Shown here: in pieces, positions 54,565 to 59,942 of the stretch
How the letters are laid out: each line of letters starts with the position of its first letter
Numbering within the stretch: position 1 is the stretch's first letter
NCBI GenBank assembly: GCA_013265495.1
Contig: MU058241.1
Location: 620,001-679,942 of the forward strand
Origin: Vicugna vicugna
Taxonomy: Eukaryota
DNA: 59,942 nt
Reading direction: 5' to 3'
Notes under the pieces: generated by a model
What the model was told of the DNA's origin: nothing
Database searches by the model: none
Seen by the model: the letters and a program-made list of their open reading frames with translations, nothing else
Position numbers and translations under genes: made by a program

Positions 54565-56110
54565 GCTGATGCGTCTGAGTTAACTTTACTTGTGTTCTGA
54601 AACAGCCAACGGACAACAGCAGTGAGCTTTCCCCTCCCCCTTCAAATAAAGCATGCTAGCATCCTGGAAGACTTGACAGTGCGGCCATGGGTCAGCCACG
54701 CGCCAAGGTGCTGGTTCTCTGAAACACACGCCTTCACAGGGTTGTGGGAAGTGCACACGGCGGGTTGTCCGCAGGTGAAACACAGCTGTGGTTCGGTGGC
54801 GCCCGGATTCCCCCTTTGATTCTCCCCCGTTCCAGGTCTGGTTTACCGCTGGTTGGACAAGGCTCTCTCAAGAGGTGATGCTTTATTACTTTAGTGTCTC
54901 TCTTGACTCTCAACTGTGGCGATTGGTTGAGGGAGGGAAGGAGAAAAGCTGAAATGATTTTCCAGATGTACAGAGTCAGAGAAGCTTGTGGCCTTCGGTT
55001 ATCGAGATGCCCACACGCACAGCACTCATTTCCTTCACCAGGCGCTAACGTGGAATTAATCGTGTATTAGTTCGTTTCCTTTCAAAAAGGTCTGATCGTG
55101 GACTTGGTTTACTATTTCTATGAATCTCTTAATATTTGAAATATATAAACCTACGATTTTCGAGACGGACCACTTTCCACAGATTCATTTATCACATTTT
55201 GAATACAGTGACCGAATGCTTTAATGTGATCTAAACACAGATTCCTTGAGTACACTTGTCTGTTTGAGAACTATTAGGAGCTGGTTAATTACTGAATCAC
55301 TGGAACACTGTATTTTGGTGCATTTTCATACCATTTAGACTTGTGACAAGTATTTTTACAGGAAGAGTTAGATCTTGAGGTGATTAGTAACTGCTGATTT
55401 TTCCATCAGTCTGTCTTTAATATTTTTTGAAGCATAGAAGTTCTGTTCCTTTGATCTCACCAAAATGCTTGTTATGGCCTCAAGAAAAAATGCGCCTGTA
55501 TTGTCACATACTGTCAGATGTTATATGAGAGCATTTTTGAATTTTTTAACAGAATAGTTTAGAGTTCAGATGACAATTTTTTCAAAAATAATGCCACTAA
55601 AAAAAGAAAAATCCTAGTCATCGACATAATAAAAACCACACGGAGGAGAGGTCCATTCTCTGCGTCTGGTTATGCACTTGGGATGCTGGTTGAGCCGGCA
55701 AGGACGATGGAAGGACCGACCGACCGTCGCTGGGGGCCTGGGGACCGAGCGCCATCTGCACACAATTACAGCCAGTGCAGGAGGAGTTCTTCCCAAGATG
55801 GGAGCCCGCTGACCCTAACGCAGAGCAGAGGGGCCGTTCCTTAACATGCGCATCACAAGACTACTGCACATGATAATTAAAGAGATTTTTAAACGGAGGA
55901 ATTTCAGCTGACAGTGCCCTGATGCTCATCATGTCCGATTAAGGCTGTTGGTAGCTGAATGACATTCACGTTTAAAGCCTTAGTGGGAGGGGACTCGGAT
56001 GCTTGGGTTTGCTTCCAGTGAGTCCAGGTTACTGCAGCGGCCGGAGTATTGGCTGTGGCTGCGTTTACACTAGAGGATTATACCCGGGGGAGCCAGGATG
56101 GGTTTGGAAG

Positions 56111-56226
56111 GGGGAGGGTATAGCTCAGCGGTAGAGCGCACGCTTAGCATGCACGAGGTCCTGGGTTCAATCCCCGGTACCTCCTCTACAAATAAGTAAA
56201 CCTAATTACCCCCCGCCCCCGAAAAA
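56111..56226 (+). mobile_element. tRNA-Ala-derived SINE with TSD
   Basis: ggggagggtatagctcagcggtagagc...gggttcaatccccggtacctcc with a cctaattacccc tail. TSD gatgggtttggaag / gatgggcttcgaag. Confidence 0.93.
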
Positions 56227-56446
56227 GATGGGCTTCGAAGTCTCAGAGAGAGTGCTCTATGAGTTTAAGGAACTAACCAGTCTTACTCTCTTTAAGAAGT
56301 AAACGTACGTCTGAGTCATATGACTCTATCTGTGCTAGAGAAGGTGGCGCTGAATAACCTGCGAAAGTCCTCCCCTTTCCTAGGAGAACCTTGAGCAGAG
56401 AGGGGTGTACTGTTGTTGCAAGGACTTGCATCAGTGTTCTGGTGTC

Positions 56447-56708
56447 TTTTTTTTTTTTTTAATTGAAGTACAGTCAGTTACAATGTGTCAGTCTCTGTTG
56501 TACAGCAGTGTCCCAGTCATGCATATACATACATATATTTGTTTTCATATTCTTTTTCATTAAAGATTATTGTAAGATATTGAACACAGTTCCCTGTGCT
56601 ATACAGGAGAAATTTGTTTTATGTCTGTTTTTACATATAGTGGCTAACATTTGCAAATCGCAAACTCCCAGATGTATCCCTTCTCACGCCCTCTTCCCCT
56701 ATAACCAC
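56447..56708 (-). mobile_element. 5'-truncated L1 3' end
   Basis: Poly-T then aattgaagtacagtcagttacaatgtgtcag...tgtcccagtcatgcatatac, closely similar to 2730-2980. Confidence 0.88.
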
Positions 56709-56829
56709 TTACTTCTCCAGCTGTGTTCTTGACAGATGACCGAGAAGGGTTAGGCCGTTCCTTCAGCCAACACTTCTACACCATTTGCTCTTGCAGCATG
56801 CTCTCTCCGAGGACACCGTGAGGTGTGGG

Positions 56830-57800
56830 GAGGGAGGAGACACGTTTCTTGACCTCTGGGTCTGTAGCTTCGTGGGGAAGACAGACAGCATTAAACCAGC
56901 TTGTTGCGGCCGGAGGCGGTGAAATGCACGTTTTGACAGTTACAGGTTAAATGTTGAAGAGCTGGACGGAAGAATGGAGCCTTTATTTCCAGTTGGGAGG
57001 TTTACGGAAAGTGGCTCTTAAGGGTGGCCTTCGGACTGAGCCAGGAAGTGTCCAAGGGTCTGTAGTCAGAAAATAGAGGGAAAGACATTTCAGAGTGAAA
57101 AAAGCAATCACATAAACAGGCCGTGGCAGTAGGAAGTCGCTGGCAGTGAGTTTCTGGGAAAGCTGGGTGGGTCTAAAGGTAGGGTGTGCAATGAACATAC
57201 AACGTACCAGGAGGTCAACTGAAAGATAATGGGGAGTAGCTTATGAAGATGGGTGCCTTGAGGGAGATACAGAGACGTTCCCCTTTGTCCTACAGAAAAT
57301 GGGATGCAGTTGAGTGTTCAGGGAAGGTAAAGGACAGCCTCCTCTTTTACTTTAGGAAAATAACCACAAATACTGTGCAGAGGGAATTAGAAAAGAGATG
57401 GACTTGCAGGGAGATGGGTTGGAAGCCTATCGTGAGAGTCCAGACAGGAGAGGAAAGTGCCTAGAACAGGTGGTCGCCATGGAGACAGAAAGACTTAGGG
57501 ATTCCTGGAAGGATGCTGTGCAGTGTGGATGTTGGTAGGTGCAGGAACAAGATGACATGGTTCTCCATAGAGCCTAGAGTTGCGGTGACGATGCATCACC
57601 GGGGAGGGGGCACGTGCTGGGGAGGGGCACCTGAGATGGGACTTGTGCAGGTGGACGGGGGCAGGGCGAGGGGGCGGCAGCCCAGAGAGGGACAGGGGAT
57701 AGATTTGAGAGACCCTTGCTTAGCAGCAATATTCAAGTCATGAAGGTGTTACTGTAAGATTATGCATCGAGAAGAAAAGTTTGCAACCCAAGTTTGAGAA
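56830..57800 (-). mobile_element. Degenerate L2 fragment
   Basis: ttttaggaaaataaccaca...ggaagcctatcgtgagagtccagacaggagagg...gatagatttgagag...aatattcaagtcatgaagg. Confidence 0.55.
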
Positions 57801-58839
57801 CACTCACGCAGGGCCTCACGCAACAGGACCAGAGACAAACGGAAGTCCCAGGGCAACCAGGAACAGCAGAGACATTAGAACCAGGACGTCCCAGGGATTT
57901 TCGGAGCTGTGAAAACCACTTCTTTTCTCTCCCTTCCTAAGTGGCTTTTCCTAATTCGAAAATGTGGAGAGAAACATAAAATTCAGAGAGAAACTGGAGA
58001 TTGGGTCATAGCTCCAAGCAATTTATTTGATCTTCCTCAGACTCCATTCCTTGGTGTTCCAAATGTAGATATGTAACCCCTCAACCGCTTCATGAAGGCA
58101 CAGGAAGGACTGGGGAAGGCAAGTTTACCGTGAAGGAAAGGCAACGTATATACAGACATCGCCTGTCGGCAAATCAAAGTGGAGGCTGCTACTGGTCAGG
58201 GGACTGTAGTTCTCTGGAGAAGAGGTTTTAAAAGTCAGTGAGCTTTTGGGCAGATGTACAGACGCCATTTTAAAATTATCCAACCCCTCAGTGTTTAATG
58301 ACTTTAAGATTTCATAAGACTGAGCCTGAACGAAGTTCAAAGTGAAATGAGTTGACATTCAGCCGCACCGCTAATGTGCATCAGCTCTTAGGTAGAGTCT
58401 GTATTTGCACGTGTCCCCGTTTCCTTGGTTTAAACTTAAGAAGTGGAGAAAGAAACGCAGCCTCCTGAAGCAGCCATTGCAAATGAGTTGTCAGTGGTTT
58501 AGGCAGACGCTCGTTCTCAGCAGAAAGTGATTTCATCAGCCACTGGGGCTCCTGGTTCTGATGGCAGTGAACATCACGGTACCACAGGCCCTACCGAAGT
58601 CGGTTAGTTTTATATGTCCTGTTAGTATGAGACGTTTGTTTCAAAGTTTCCTTTCCATAATGGCTACGATCTTGAACCACGGTTCTTAAATCTTGCAGTC
58701 ACCAGGCAACTTGCACGCACTGTCAGGGGAAAAAGGAATCAAAATGATTAACTACTTTCAGATGAGACACCTGTGAGGGACTTTTGAAGCCAGGCACTCA
58801 GGCGTGCCAAAACCAAACATTATAAATTCATCATTTTCC

Positions 58840-59423
58840 AATTTTAAATGGTAAGTCTGTCGGGAGGGCCCCGGCAGTCACTGGGGAACCCACAAGACCC
58901 AGGCTTTGGAAATCGTTCTCATGAGACTTGACCCCGTGAGACGGGTGGGCTTTGTAATGTTTACCTTGAAAGGAAAACTCCCCGAGGTGGGAAGGATGGC
59001 AGACTCAGGACCGGTGTCACAACGACCCTGGGGTCCATCGGTAGGGATGGAGCCCGTAAGTGGGAAAAAAAATTTTAAATGGTAAGTCTGTCGGGAGGGC
59101 CCCGGCAGTCACTGGGGAACCCACAAGACCCAGGCTTTGGAAATCGTTCTCATGAGACTTGACCCCGTGAGACGGGTGGGCTTTGTAATGTTTACCTTGA
59201 AAGGAAAACTCCCAGTTTTAAATGGTAAGTGTCTTGTGGGTTCCCCAGTGACCCAGGCTTTGGAAATCGTTCTCATGAGACTTGACCCCGTGAGACGGGT
59301 GGGCTTTGTAATGTTTACCTTGAAAGGAAAACTCCCCGAGGTGGGAAGGATGGCAGACTCAGGACCGGTGTCACAACGACCCTGGGGTCCATCGGTAGGG
59401 ATGGAGCCCGTAAGTGGGAAAAA
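58840..59423. repeat. Complex near-identical triplication (231-bp unit) with deletion and micro-inversion
   Basis: Unit 1 is 58840-59070, unit 2 is 59071-59213 (truncated), and unit 3 is about 59214-59423 with a 22-bp inversion at 59231-59252. Confidence 0.96.
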
Positions 59424-59712
59424 GGACTGGCAGCTCTCCATGACACTTGCTCGTGGGAGTTCCCCGTCAGCCTCCCGTGGGGCGGCTTGGTAACATGACT
59501 GATTCAGAAGACTGCACGTAAAGGAGTTGTCAAGCTTACTGGGGAGACAGAAACTTGTCCAGAATCAGGACTCGATTCAGACCCTCTAAAGAAATGGGAA
59601 AGTGAAACGGAACTTAGTGTCAGAAGATCTCAAAGGTGACGCCTTGAGACGGAGAAGCCGCTTTTCTGAAACAGGATCAGTTGTCATTAGATGGGATCTG
59701 CCTCTTCTGTAG

Positions 59713-59942
<230 letters not shown>

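Noticed and set aside
56111..56184. Possible tRNA-Ala(AGC) gene (also at 27401)
   Set aside because: The anticodon stem is mispaired (CACGC/GCACG), the acceptor stem is imperfect, and it has a SINE tail and TSD. It is a tRNA-derived SINE.
58840..59423. CRISPR-like or other repeat-spacer array
   Set aside because: The units are long and near-identical with no unique spacers or cas genes, in a mammalian intron.
59109..59493. ORFs with internally repeated peptides (118 aa +, 110 aa -)
   Set aside because: The repeats arise from the DNA triplication. There is no recognisable domain, and the location is intronic.

Overview
This is mammalian genomic DNA, almost entirely intronic, from the anosmin-1 gene (ANOS1/KAL1) on the + strand. 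Three coding exons are visible with canonical AG/GT boundaries and a continuous reading frame: 34343-34405 (63 nt, Cys-rich box), 51022-51244 (223 nt, end of Cys box plus the WAP four-disulfide core) and 59789 to the window end (start of the first FnIII repeat). By analogy with the human gene these are exons 3, 4 and 5. The rest is intron containing L1 3' ends, L2, MIR, hAT MER elements, MaLR/ERV LTRs and tRNA-Ala-derived SINEs of the kind I associate with camelids (inference). I found no evidence for a new biological system. The most notable unexplained structures are a near-identical triplication with a 22-bp micro-inversion just upstream of exon 5, an L1 whose 5' end is fused directly to distal ORF2, several other recent local duplications, and candidate conserved enhancers. 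Repeat family names come from recalled consensus sequences, and repeat boundaries are approximate.
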